From Patescibacteria group bacterium (GTDB lineage Bacteria; Patescibacteriota; UBA1384; XYA2-FULL-43-10; 1-14-0-10-43-13): a DNA stretch of 64,000 nt. Positions 1 through 8,910 of the stretch are shown piece by piece. The position numbers and the translations under genes are program-made. Every line of letters begins with the position of its first letter. Within the stretch, counting starts at the first letter, position 1. The notes beneath the pieces are model-generated. The model saw only the letters and a program-made list of their open reading frames with translations. It was not told the DNA's origin and ran no database searches. Location: the NCBI GenBank assembly GCA_041674765.1, contig JBAYVE010000001.1, forward strand, positions 2,321 to 66,320, given 5' to 3'.

Positions 1-470
1 TCTTGATATTTATGACCGGTGAACTCAGCAAATTTCTTGGCGATTAAATCGGATTGATTAAAGCCTCTTTGATTATAACGATTTTTATGAAGTGGTACGG
101 CAGTTATCAAGACTTCCTTTTTTGCTAATAATGACATTAAAGTTCGATTATCGATGCGCTTAACCAAGAGCATTCCGATAATCTCGGAAATACCGGTCAA
201 TCCGCTGTATTTGAGATGATGAATCATTTCCTTGACCGGACCTGCATCGTATTTTGATGCTACAACCAGGTAATCGATTGAAAAACCATTTCTACTACGG
301 CATTTTGCGCATATTTTTGAATTTTCCGATATTTTACCACAGGCAAAACAGGTATCCGTTTTAACCATTTCAATGTTTGACGCACAATTAAAGCATAAAA
401 AATCACCAAATTTACCGCAATTTACGCATCGCCTCGGGAAGAATAACTCCAGGCAAAATAAGTATAATGG
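1..470 (-). CDS. ComF/ComFC-family protein (phosphoribosyltransferase-type competence protein), 3' end cut by window start; start codon not resolved (no in-frame ATG found upstream of the zinc-finger region)
   Basis: Reverse-strand translation reads ...RCVNCGKFGDFLCFNCASNIEMVKTDTCFACGKISENSKICAKCR...VKEMIHHLKYSGLTGISEIIGMLLVKRID...ITAVPLHKNRYNQRGFNQSDLIAKKFAEFTGHKYQ. Multiple CxxC zinc-finger motifs followed by a PRTase-type core, typical of ComF. Not in the ORF track because it is partial and has no ATG. Confidence 0.5.
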
Positions 471-570
471 CCCAAGAAATAGCCCGTTAAATTTCTTGCA
501 CAAATAATTAGAACTCCACAGATGCCTTACTGTTGATAAAGTAGTTAATTGTTTCATAAAACCGCCTGTA

Positions 571-599
571 TTGACTTATAATTGTTATAAAAGTATCAT
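571..599 (+). promoter_or_regulatory. sigma70-like promoter upstream of hsp20 (TTGACT, 17-nt spacer, TATCAT)
   Basis: TTGACT at 571-576 and TATCAT at 594-599, about 50 nt upstream of the Hsp20 start; read by eye. Confidence 0.35.
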
Positions 600-649
600 T
601 TTGTTATAAGTAGGATTTATCGAAATTGGATTTGGCTGAAAGGAGGGCA

Positions 650-1027
650 ATGAATGCAACAGATACTAATAATGACTGGCTTGCTGATGAAGCAGACGGT
701 CAACTTTCGATTGATGTCTACCAGGACGATCATAACATTTATATTTTAGCCCCAATTGCCGGGGTAAATGCAAGTGATGTAGACCTTTCTATCACAGATG
801 AAGTAATTACAATCAAAGGAACTAGAAAGCCGGGTCACTCGGAGCCAAATGATCAACACTTTACCCAGGAATGCTATTGGGGACCTTTCTCCCGTTCCTA
901 CGTCCTTCCCATAGCCGTAAATGCAGAGAATTCAAAGGCTAGTTTGAAAGACGGTTTGTTGACCGTAATAATTCCAAAGGATGAGAAAGTAAAGACCCGA
1001 TCTATCAAAATCAACGAAACGAAATAA
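650..1027 (+). CDS. Hsp20/alpha-crystallin family small heat-shock protein (likely start at ATG 650; ORF track begins at TTG 626)
   Basis: GQLSIDVYQDDHNIYILAPIAGV...LKDGLLTVIIPK matches the alpha-crystallin domain; AGGAGGG sits just upstream of ATG 650. Confidence 0.85.
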   Translation: MNATDTNNDWLADEADGQLSIDVYQDDHNIYILAPIAGVNASDVDLSITDEVITIKGTRKPGHSEPNDQHFTQECYWGPFSRSYVLPIAVNAENSKASLKDGLLTVIIPKDEKVKTRSIKINETK

Positions 1028-1047
1028 GCAAAAGCTGTATTTGTTAG

Positions 1048-1075
1048 AGATTAAGGCACTTTCAAAAGGGCCTTT
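1048..1075 (+). terminator. weak terminator-like hairpin after hsp20 (GGCAC...GGGCC followed by TTTTTGTTT)
   Basis: Imperfect stem followed by a T-rich run directly after the hsp20 stop. Confidence 0.25.
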
Positions 1076-1124
1076 TTGTTTGATACAATGGTAATTAGCA
1101 AAATAAATGTTAAACAGGAACTTT

Positions 1125-2054
1125 ATGAAAAAAATTCGAAAAGCGGTTATCCCGGCAGCTGGCTATGGAACTAGATTTTTGCCTGCAACAAAAGCCATGC
1201 CCAAAGAAATGCTGCCTATTGTTGACAAGCCGGTCATTCAATATGTAGTTGAAGAACTAGTAGAAGCGGGGATTGAGCAGATTATTTTGATTACCGGTTG
1301 GCACAAGAGAGCAATTGAGGATCATTTTGACCGTCATCTAGAGCTAGAGCATAAATTATTTGAAGCAGGTAAGCTGGAGCAATTAGATAAAATTAAAAAG
1401 ATCTCAGAGATGGCCGAATTCGTTTATGTGCGACAGAAGGAGCAGCGTGGCAACGGTGACGCTATTCTGACAGCCAAAAATGTGGTAGGGGATGAGCCAT
1501 TCATAGTTTTCTGGGGGGATGACTTTATACTCTCCGAACCATCCCGTGCCAAACAGTTAATTTCTGCCTACGAGCAGTATGGCTCAACAATATTGGGCGG
1601 AATAATGACCAAAAATCCGGAGGACGCCAAGATATATGGTTTTGCAAAAGGACAGGAAATTGCCGACGGCGTAATCAAGGTTGAAGATTTAATCGAAAAA
1701 CCGGGAGCCGACAAAAAGCCCTCGGACCTCGCCATAGTTTCCGGTTTTGTTTTCCCGCCGGAGATCTTTGGGGCCTTAGAGGCATGCAAGATTGAAGAGG
1801 GAAAGGAATTGGTGTATGTCGACGGTGTAAACAAATTGAGAAATGACGGAATTCCCGCCTATGCAGTTGAAATCAAAGGCGGTAAATATTATGATTGTGG
1901 TAACGTAGTCAAATATATTAAAACCAACCTTGAAATCGCTATGCAGCGAGACGACATCAAAAAAGAGATGACGCCGTTTATCCGTGAAATGGCTGCCGGA
2001 TTGCAATCGGAAGACTCTGATAGACAAAGCTCTTCATATATCGTCAGCAATTAA
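1125..2054 (+). CDS. galU: UTP--glucose-1-phosphate uridylyltransferase (GalU); start probably the second ATG at 1125
   Basis: MKKIRKAVIPAAGYGTRFLPATKAMPKEMLPIVDKPVIQYVVEE is the canonical GalU N-terminus; AGGA lies 6 nt before ATG 1125. Confidence 0.9.
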   Translation: MKKIRKAVIPAAGYGTRFLPATKAMPKEMLPIVDKPVIQYVVEELVEAGIEQIILITGWHKRAIEDHFDRHLELEHKLFEAGKLEQLDKIKKISEMAEFVYVRQKEQRGNGDAILTAKNVVGDEPFIVFWGDDFILSEPSRAKQLISAYEQYGSTILGGIMTKNPEDAKIYGFAKGQEIADGVIKVEDLIEKPGADKKPSDLAIVSGFVFPPEIFGALEACKIEEGKELVYVDGVNKLRNDGIPAYAVEIKGGKYYDCGNVVKYIKTNLEIAMQRDDIKKEMTPFIREMAAGLQSEDSDRQSSSYIVSN

Positions 2055-2080
2055 TATTTTATATAAATCTGGAGGGAGAT

Positions 2081-3460
2081 ATGAAACGGTTTGCGAAGAT
2101 AGCGAGCTACATAATAATAGCCGGCCTTTTTTCGGTAGCGCTCTCGGGCTGTACTGCAAAAAGTCAAAAGACGCCGGAAACGACGAAACTAATTGTCTGG
2201 GGATTTGAGGAGGAAGACGTCTGGAAACCAGTTAAAGCTGAATTCGAAAAAGCCAACAAGGGGATCGAACTAAATTATCAAAAACAGATCTTTGATGACA
2301 GATATGAAACCAGAGTTCTAAATTCAATGCAGTCAGGACAAGGTCCGGATGTCTGGGCAATGCCAAACGACTGGGTCTACCGCCATAAGGACAAACTTGT
2401 GCCAATGCCGGCTAACTTGGCCAAAAATGTCAACCTTGACACGCAATTCGTCCCCATAATCAAACAGTCTGTAAACTTTGACGATAAAATCTATGCTTTA
2501 TCACCATACGCAGAACCCATGCTGGTTTTTTGGAATAGCAGCATCTTCAAAACTATGGAAGAAGACTACAGTCAAAAAGAAAAAACACCAAGCCTGACCT
2601 CGGAGCAGAGAGATAAGACTTTACGGCTTTTTCAGTCCTTTCCAAAAACTTGGACTGAATTTACTGATCTAGCGAAGGCTTTAACGCTCAAAAGCAATCA
2701 GGAAATTCAACAGTCCGGAGTCGCGATGGGGAGTAGTAATATCCGACACAGTCAGGACATTCTAAACCTTCTTATGCTTCAAAATGAGACGAAAATTGTT
2801 TCGGATGATCTAAAAATTGCCACTTTTAATCTTCCCCTGGAGACACCAAGAGAGAATCCTGACATTCCAGGCAAAAGAGCTCTCGATTTCTATACCGCCT
2901 TCAATAATCCAAATAGCGCCAACTACTCATGGAATGATTCCCTTGGGAACTCTCTCGATGCCTTTGCGAATGGTAAAGTGGCTATGATCTTTGCCTATAA
3001 CTCAGATGAGAATTATTTAAAACAAAAGTACCCGAGTTTCTCATACAAAAAAGCTTTTGTCCCCCAAATTAGCGAAGAAACGAACAAAATTACCGATTTT
3101 GCCAAATTTACAGCTTTCGGCGTCAGCAATCAAACAGAATTAGCAGCACAAGCCTGGAATTTAGTATATAACTTTTTGGTTAATGACCCATCAACTCAGT
3201 TTGTCTCCGGAGCAGGGCTGTATAATTCCAAGAAAGCTGCCGAATATGATATCGCTCTTGCAAATAGAGATAACAATAGTCCTGAAAAACTAGAATTGGC
3301 CACGGCAAAGACCTTTAACAAGGGAAGATTTCCCGTTGAATTTGATAACTACATAAAAAGCGCTATATTTGCGGTAAATAAGGGATTACAAGACTCAAAA
3401 CAAGCTCTGGACCTCGCGGCGGAAAATGTGACTCAGCTTCTGAAAAAAACTGATTGGTAA
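2081..3460 (+). CDS. Lipoprotein, family-1 extracellular solute-binding protein (ABC-type sugar-binding fold); no permease genes adjacent
   Basis: Lipobox LSGC after an N-terminal hydrophobic segment; KLIVWGFEEE...FEKANKGIELNY...SGQGPDVWAMPNDW is a typical SBP_bac_1 N-lobe; strong SD GGAGGGAG upstream. Confidence 0.7.
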   Translation: MKRFAKIASYIIIAGLFSVALSGCTAKSQKTPETTKLIVWGFEEEDVWKPVKAEFEKANKGIELNYQKQIFDDRYETRVLNSMQSGQGPDVWAMPNDWVYRHKDKLVPMPANLAKNVNLDTQFVPIIKQSVNFDDKIYALSPYAEPMLVFWNSSIFKTMEEDYSQKEKTPSLTSEQRDKTLRLFQSFPKTWTEFTDLAKALTLKSNQEIQQSGVAMGSSNIRHSQDILNLLMLQNETKIVSDDLKIATFNLPLETPRENPDIPGKRALDFYTAFNNPNSANYSWNDSLGNSLDAFANGKVAMIFAYNSDENYLKQKYPSFSYKKAFVPQISEETNKITDFAKFTAFGVSNQTELAAQAWNLVYNFLVNDPSTQFVSGAGLYNSKKAAEYDIALANRDNNSPEKLELATAKTFNKGRFPVEFDNYIKSAIFAVNKGLQDSKQALDLAAENVTQLLKKTDW

Positions 3461-3478
3461 GACAGGGGAGTGCTCTCA

Positions 3479-5968
3479 ATGGGAGGAACCAAAAGAAAAA
3501 TATTTGCATGGGCCATGGCGGCGATCATAGTTTCGTCAGCTGGTTTTTTATACTTCTCTCTTCCTCTCGCCAGTGCCGACAGAAATTTTCCAGCGACAGG
3601 GGACTATTCTGTCAACCACTATTTTAAATTTCATATCAATTCGAACGAATGGAAAATTATCCGCCAGGTAATGAATGCCGATAGTCAGGGTAAAAAATTA
3701 GGAGAAGAAGGGATAGGAGAAAATCAGCTTCGTGATCTAATTTACAACGGCAACAAACTCCTGATGGGTGATCCGGCCCAATTCACCTATGGCAGACTTT
3801 ATGTCTATGAGAAATTCGGGCAATCAGGTTTTGACTTTCCCCTGGATTTGAGCGGAAATAAACGCTCGGCATGGCTTTTGATCCAAGAAAAGATGAAAGG
3901 CGGACCAGATCTTCATGTTTCGGGTAATAAGAGAACGTTAACTCCAGAGGAAAAAGTATTTCTTACCGACGGAATTTCATATATTCATTATCAATTAGCC
4001 CCTCCTGCCACACCGGTAGTAGAAGCGCCGAAGCCTCCTGAGACCCCAGTCGTAACAGCGACAGTTGCGCCGGCAAAGCCTGTCAGGCCCGCGATTTTGG
4101 ACCTCCAATATTCTACTAGACACAAAGCCGGCCCGGATAGCCCGCTGGTCTTTGTAATTCCCAATGCGACAACTCAGCTCGGATCCGAGAGGGTCAAGAT
4201 TCTCTCAGACCCAAAGTATCCTTTGGGAGCGTTTATGTACAATAAGGCTAGCGACTCCCGTATAGCCGTTGACCCCGACACGCTCTTTCTACCCTATGGG
4301 CTAGAGGTCAGCGATCTTTCGGCTTTCAACAGTACTCACGCCGAGTTTATCAATGTAGTTATGGAAATATATAAGTCTATTATTGATAGAGTCCAGGCGT
4401 CGGGAAATACAACAGACGATCAGGCTAAGACCGATCTGAAAGCAGCTCAAACGGCTTATGAGGCTCTAATTGATTATGTCAGCAGCAATTATCAACCGAT
4501 TGATAGCCTACTAAACTTTTGGGCAGAAAAAGGAACCTATCTGAAGGGTGAGGACGTCGAGATCATCATCGGCATGCCGAGCGTTCCGTCAAATTGGAAT
4601 TATGTCTCCGTCAAGGTTACGGAAGCAGGTTATAAGAGTGCTACAGATAGTGCTCTTGCTCAAGATAACAACTATGGTATTTCTATTTATAATGATGACA
4701 TAACCAAGTTTCCCATTACCGACCCTACGACTGGGAAACGTGAGGAACATACCTTTTGGAAAACAGATGGTGATACTAAGGCCGGCTACCATGGCATATT
4801 GGCCCAGATTTGGGGTCCGAACGGTCCACTGCGAAGCAGGCGAATAGTGGTCAATCTAGAAGAATATAGCGCTGAGAACAAAATCAATGTCAGTAGTAAA
4901 TCGATAAATCAGGGTGATACTTTGAAAATTACCGCTGATATATCTGATCAACAGGCCAAGAGAGATTCCGGACTTAGCTGTTTTTTCTACATTAGCGATG
5001 GCTTGGCGCCAAATCCGAATAAGGATGAAGGGGGTTATTGGCTAAAAGGCGAGGGGATGGGTTATGCTCTTGATAAATGTGCTTTCGATTGGAACACGGA
5101 TACCAATACTACAGTCGGCCTGCATACAGTCGGCTTTACTTTGTTGAAAGTTGGCCTTCATCCAACTTTTATTAAGAAACCGGAAACCCCGCCATTTCCC
5201 TGGGTTTATACCCAGGTCAATGTCTGCAAAAAGGGGTCGTCTTCCTGCAACAGTGACATTCCGCTACTCGGTATCAGTGCTACCAACACGGCGATAAATC
5301 AAGGAACAAAAACGACAATCACCGGCCACATTTCCGATCCCAATTCGGAGGAGGTCAAAGGCAAGCAATGTTATTTCTATGTTGGCGACCGGACAGGCAC
5401 TAATACTTGGATTCCGATGGCCAAAAAAGATCTATCTGATTGTAAATACGAGTGGAATACTATAAATAGTGAGCCTGATCTCTACGGCTGGCGGGTCAAC
5501 CTTCAAGCTCCGGGATTGTCCGGCCCCGATACAAATCCTGAGGCAGAGCCAAAATCAAAAACTCTCTTTGTTAGAGTATGTGAAAAGAATGCCACCAGCT
5601 GCCAAGCCCCAAATCAGCCCGATAATCCCAATCCTCTAGATCCTGCAGGCGATGGCACGGCAATCGTTCCCTTCAATGCAGAGGTTTCATCTTCCTCATT
5701 GATTACAATCGCCGGTTTGACGGCAGATATACAGACACTAGAACAATTACTTTTCAAGACCAAATATTACTGGCTGCCTCTTTTTCTTGGTGTGCTCTCC
5801 TTCATCGCTATTCTTTTCGGTGGATTTATGATATTAACCTCGGGTGGAAACGAGGAGCAGGCAAAAAAAGGCAAAAATTCCATCCTCTACGGAGCGATCG
5901 GGCTTGCTATTGGCACCGTCTCTTATGTTATTATAATTATATTAATCCGTGATTTTATCAATAAATAG
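3479..5968 (+). CDS. Large secreted surface protein: signal peptide, Pro-rich linker, two tandem Cys-containing modules, and a C-terminal two-TM hairpin paralogous to the two downstream small proteins
   Basis: ATG 3479 with GGGGAG 8 nt upstream (ORF track used GTG 3470). Linker PPATPVVEAPKPPETPVVTATVAPAKPVRP. Repeated modules CFFYISDG...CAFDWNT and CYFYVGDR...CKYEWNT. C-terminus FLGVLSFIAILFGGFMILTSGGNEEQAKKGKNSILYGAIGLAIGTVSYVIIIIL. Confidence 0.6.
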   Translation: MGGTKRKIFAWAMAAIIVSSAGFLYFSLPLASADRNFPATGDYSVNHYFKFHINSNEWKIIRQVMNADSQGKKLGEEGIGENQLRDLIYNGNKLLMGDPAQFTYGRLYVYEKFGQSGFDFPLDLSGNKRSAWLLIQEKMKGGPDLHVSGNKRTLTPEEKVFLTDGISYIHYQLAPPATPVVEAPKPPETPVVTATVAPAKPVRPAILDLQYSTRHKAGPDSPLVFVIPNATTQLGSERVKILSDPKYPLGAFMYNKASDSRIAVDPDTLFLPYGLEVSDLSAFNSTHAEFINVVMEIYKSIIDRVQASGNTTDDQAKTDLKAAQTAYEALIDYVSSNYQPIDSLLNFWAEKGTYLKGEDVEIIIGMPSVPSNWNYVSVKVTEAGYKSATDSALAQDNNYGISIYNDDITKFPITDPTTGKREEHTFWKTDGDTKAGYHGILAQIWGPNGPLRSRRIVVNLEEYSAENKINVSSKSINQGDTLKITADISDQQAKRDSGLSCFFYISDGLAPNPNKDEGGYWLKGEGMGYALDKCAFDWNTDTNTTVGLHTVGFTLLKVGLHPTFIKKPETPPFPWVYTQVNVCKKGSSSCNSDIPLLGISATNTAINQGTKTTITGHISDPNSEEVKGKQCYFYVGDRTGTNTWIPMAKKDLSDCKYEWNTINSEPDLYGWRVNLQAPGLSGPDTNPEAEPKSKTLFVRVCEKNATSCQAPNQPDNPNPLDPAGDGTAIVPFNAEVSSSSLITIAGLTADIQTLEQLLFKTKYYWLPLFLGVLSFIAILFGGFMILTSGGNEEQAKKGKNSILYGAIGLAIGTVSYVIIIILIRDFINK

Positions 5969-5986
5969 TTATTATCTTCATAAACA

Positions 5987-6340
5987 ATGTTCCATTTGAT
6001 AGAAAAAGTCAGCGCTAAGAACCTCGGTGAAATCATCAAAGAGATGAATTTTACCGTATCAAACAGTCCTGTTCAGGCAAACAAAGATCATGACTGGGGT
6101 ACAATTTTGACCTTCGTTACAAGAGTGATGGAGATAGCCCTTGACTTTGCCGCTATCACTGCTGGTATAATGATGATGATGGGAGCGATAGGATATGCGA
6201 TGTCCTTTGGCGATGAAGCGAAGGCTGAGACAGCCAAGAAACAGCTTCTTTGGTCGATCATCGGATTGTTTATCCTTGCCGGCTCCAGGTTAGTTATCGG
6301 CTTTATCAGCCGTGAACTGACCGGTAAAGCATTACCTTAA
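5987..6340 (+). CDS. Small two-TM hairpin membrane protein; VirB2/TrbC-pilin-like topology is a hypothesis
   Basis: About 55-aa hydrophilic N-terminus, then AAITAGIMMMMGAIGYAMSFGDEAKAETAKKQLLWSIIGLFILAGSRLVIGFI. Shares the helix-loop(AKK)-helix core with the next ORF and with the C-terminus of the 832-aa protein. Confidence 0.45.
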   Translation: MFHLIEKVSAKNLGEIIKEMNFTVSNSPVQANKDHDWGTILTFVTRVMEIALDFAAITAGIMMMMGAIGYAMSFGDEAKAETAKKQLLWSIIGLFILAGSRLVIGFISRELTGKALP

Positions 6341-6365
6341 ATAAAAACTTAAAACTGGAGGAAAT

Positions 6366-6680
6366 ATGATCAGTCAACTAGTCGAAAAAGTAGTTGCAAG
6401 CTATAACACCAACAATGTCGCGGTGACCCCACTTTCTAGCAATCTTACCCTTACCAATTTACTGGATAAGGTTGTTCCGTGGGTAGCTATCATCGCAGGC
6501 ACATTAGCCTTCTTCTTTCTTGTCTACTCCGGCTTCCTGTATCTGACGGCCAACGGAAATCCAGACGCTGCGAAAAAAGGTCAGGCGGGTATTATCAACG
6601 CCATCATCGGCTTGGTCATCATCTTCTTGGCCTGGGGTATCACTACTGCGATCGTAAATCTGCTAGGTGGTAAAAGCTAG
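6366..6680 (+). CDS. Small two-TM hairpin membrane protein, paralog of 5987-6340; VirB2/TrbC-pilin-like topology is a hypothesis
   Basis: VAIIAGTLAFFFLVYSGFLYLTANGNPDAAKKGQAGIINAIIGLVIIFLAWGITTAIV; GGAGG SD 6 nt upstream of ATG. Confidence 0.45.
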   Translation: MISQLVEKVVASYNTNNVAVTPLSSNLTLTNLLDKVVPWVAIIAGTLAFFFLVYSGFLYLTANGNPDAAKKGQAGIINAIIGLVIIFLAWGITTAIVNLLGGKS

Positions 6681-8314
6681 CTTTTTGTCACTCTCCAGAC
6701 CTCTTCGATAGTAGTAGTCCCTAAAATTGCTTTTATAAGGCCGTCCTGCTCCATGGTAATCATCCCTAGAGCTTGGGCGGCTTTTTCGAATTCAAAGATC
6801 GAAGCCTTCTTGGAGATCAGCTGCTCAATCTGTTCGTTCGGAATCAGAACTTCGATTACAACTTGGCGGCCTGAAAATCCGGTGTTATTGCAGCTTTTGC
6901 AACCGGCGCCTTTCTTTAGCTTGATCTGACCTGAACTTATTTTGGCGTTGGCTTCTGCCGGCAAGCGGTCTTTGATCGGGCGCAGAGTATCGAGCACGAC
7001 CTGCCAGACTTCCGGTCTCGGTGTAATCTCTTCCTGACAATCAGGACAAACTTTCCGTACCAATCTCTGAGCCATAATCAGGTTGATCGAACCGGATAGC
7101 AAGAATGGCTGAACGCCCATTTCGAGAAACCTGGCGTAAACAGCAGGCGCTGAGTTCGCATGAATTGTGGATAAAAGTAAATGGCCTGTCAGAGCCGCTT
7201 GGACGGCAATCTCGGCGGTAGAGATGTCACGGATCTCACCAACCATCAAAACGTCAGGATCTTGGCGCAGAGAGGCTCGCAGCCCATCTGCAAACTCATA
7301 GCCGGCCCCTGGTTTGACCTGGCTCTGTTCAATGCCGTCTATTTTATATTCGACTGGATCTTCAAGTGTGATAATCTTGACACCGGGTTTCTTTAAATCC
7401 ATCAATATTGCATATAGTGTAGATGACTTACCGCTGCCTGTCGGACCAGACGTCAAAATCATCCCATGAGGTTTCGAGATAGCCTCGCGGATAATTGCCA
7501 GCGCATCTGGCCTGAAGCCTAACTTATCGAGGCTCAAGATTGATTTTTCCTGCCCCAACAAACGGAGAACTACCGACTCGCCGAACGCAGACGGCATAAT
7601 CGAGACTCTGAAATCTATCTCCTCTCTGCTATCTTTGAAGGAGAACCGGCCATCCTGCGGCTTATCTGTTATGTCCATCCGGAGCTTGGACATATATTTG
7701 ATACGTGCTATCAACTGTTTATAGGCAGGTATTGGCAGAAAGACAACATCCTGAAGTACACCGTCAACCCGGTAGCGGGTCAGGAAACCGTCCTCAGCCG
7801 GTTCTATATGAATATCCGAGGCATTGAGCTGCATCGCGCCGTATAGTAGAATTTCCAGAAGTTCGGTAGTGGAAGCTTTTTTCGCAGCGTCGGCAGCTGA
7901 TTTGATATCGGTGATCTGGACTTTATTTTGATGCTCCTCCAGCTCGGCTTTTTTCTGACTCAGCTCTGTCTTTGCCTTTTCATACTCATATAAACCATAC
8001 CGCCAACTGCTCTCAGACATCACCCCCGGCTGAAACTGAACACCTAATTTGTCCCCCCATTCAGAGAGGAAATTTATCGTTTCCTGATTTTTCGGGTCAA
8101 CGGCTGCTATTTTTATCTGCTTGCCAACTTTCAGATATGGTATCACTTTGTATCTAAAAGCGTTCTCTTCAGGCACCAAATCAAGGATTTCTTTAACTAA
8201 GGGATAACCGCTCAAATTGATATAGGGCAGTTTTTGCGCTTTCGCCCGCTCCTCAGTATGATGCTCCTCCTGAGTACGGTTGAGGAAATAAATTTTATCA
8301 TTTAGGGTTGACAT
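6677..8314 (-). CDS. pilB: GspE/PilB-family secretion ATPase (type IV pilus/type II secretion assembly ATPase) with N-terminal GspE_N-like domain and C-terminal tetracysteine motif
   Basis: Walker A LTSGPTGSGKSS; Asp box VLMVGEIRD; His box; C-terminal CPDCQ...CKSCNNTG; N-terminal NLSGYPLVKEILDLVPEENAFRYKVIPY resembles T2SSE_N. Confidence 0.85.
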   Translation of the reverse strand: MSTLNDKIYFLNRTQEEHHTEERAKAQKLPYINLSGYPLVKEILDLVPEENAFRYKVIPYLKVGKQIKIAAVDPKNQETINFLSEWGDKLGVQFQPGVMSESSWRYGLYEYEKAKTELSQKKAELEEHQNKVQITDIKSAADAAKKASTTELLEILLYGAMQLNASDIHIEPAEDGFLTRYRVDGVLQDVVFLPIPAYKQLIARIKYMSKLRMDITDKPQDGRFSFKDSREEIDFRVSIMPSAFGESVVLRLLGQEKSILSLDKLGFRPDALAIIREAISKPHGMILTSGPTGSGKSSTLYAILMDLKKPGVKIITLEDPVEYKIDGIEQSQVKPGAGYEFADGLRASLRQDPDVLMVGEIRDISTAEIAVQAALTGHLLLSTIHANSAPAVYARFLEMGVQPFLLSGSINLIMAQRLVRKVCPDCQEEITPRPEVWQVVLDTLRPIKDRLPAEANAKISSGQIKLKKGAGCKSCNNTGFSGRQVVIEVLIPNEQIEQLISKKASIFEFEKAAQALGMITMEQDGLIKAILGTTTIEEVWRVTKS

Positions 8315-8490
8315 TTTTTCCTTTCAATCTCACTTAAGTATAATAGAATCACCTTCTTTTGTCTAATGGAAATCCAAGATCAAATATGATAAGGTTGACA
8401 TAATAAAGAGTAGGGAATGGTAAAAAGTTAGCTGATAGGACTGATTGAAGATTGGTCGCAGAAATGCTTATAGATATTTCGATTACTTCT

Positions 8491-8580
8491 GGTGAGATGC
8501 CCGAGAGGCTGATGGGGCTGGTCTCGAAAACCGGTAACCGGGAAACCGGTTCGTGGGTTCGAATCCCACTCTCACCGCCA
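8491..8580 (+). tRNA. tRNA-Ser (anticodon CGA), CCA-encoded
   Basis: Acceptor GGTGAGA/TCTCACC; anticodon arm CTGGT-CTCGAAA-ACCGG; long variable arm; T-arm GTGGG-TTCGAAT-CCCAC; discriminator G plus CCA. Closely resembles E. coli tRNA-Ser(CGA). Confidence 0.9.
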
Positions 8581-8670
8581 GCCTTCGCTAAAGCTACGGC
8601 TGTCAAGCCAGTAATTTAGCGAAGGGTGTCCGCCGAAGTTTTAACGAAGGCGGGCTTTTGTTATTAGACT

Positions 8671-8910
8671 ATGAATTATTATGTTTATATTTTGGAACTT
8701 TGCGATAAATCACATTATATAGGATCCACGCCAGATATTGATAACCGTCTCAGGGAACACCAATCTGGTTATTGTCTTTCAACCAAAGGTAAATTACCGT
8801 GTATCATGATTTGGCATGGCTGTTTTAACGACAAATTGAAAGCTCTAAGATTTGAAAAATATCTTAAATCTGGTTCAGGCAGGGCGTTTCGTCATAAACG
8901 ATTTGAATAA
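8671..8910 (+). CDS. Small GIY-YIG nuclease-superfamily protein (UPF0213-like)
   Basis: YYVYILELCDKSHYIGSTPDIDNRLREH matches the GIY-YIG core (YVY...YIG...R..EH). Confidence 0.65.
   Translation: MNYYVYILELCDKSHYIGSTPDIDNRLREHQSGYCLSTKGKLPCIMIWHGCFNDKLKALRFEKYLKSGSGRAFRHKRFE

Noticed and set aside
6479-6673. 64-aa ORF (Arg/His-rich) nested in the 104-aa hairpin-protein gene
   Set aside because: Alternate frame of a gene with a good SD and a paralogous membrane-hairpin sequence; shadow ORF.
8586-8599. 14-mer CGCTAAAGCTACGG repeated at 43911-43924
   Set aside because: Exact 14-mer repeats are expected by chance several times in 64 kb counting both strands; no extended similarity around either copy.
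8349-8606. 85-aa minus-strand ORF
   Set aside because: It overlaps the tRNA-Ser gene (8491-8580) on the opposite strand and has no protein-like features; spurious.
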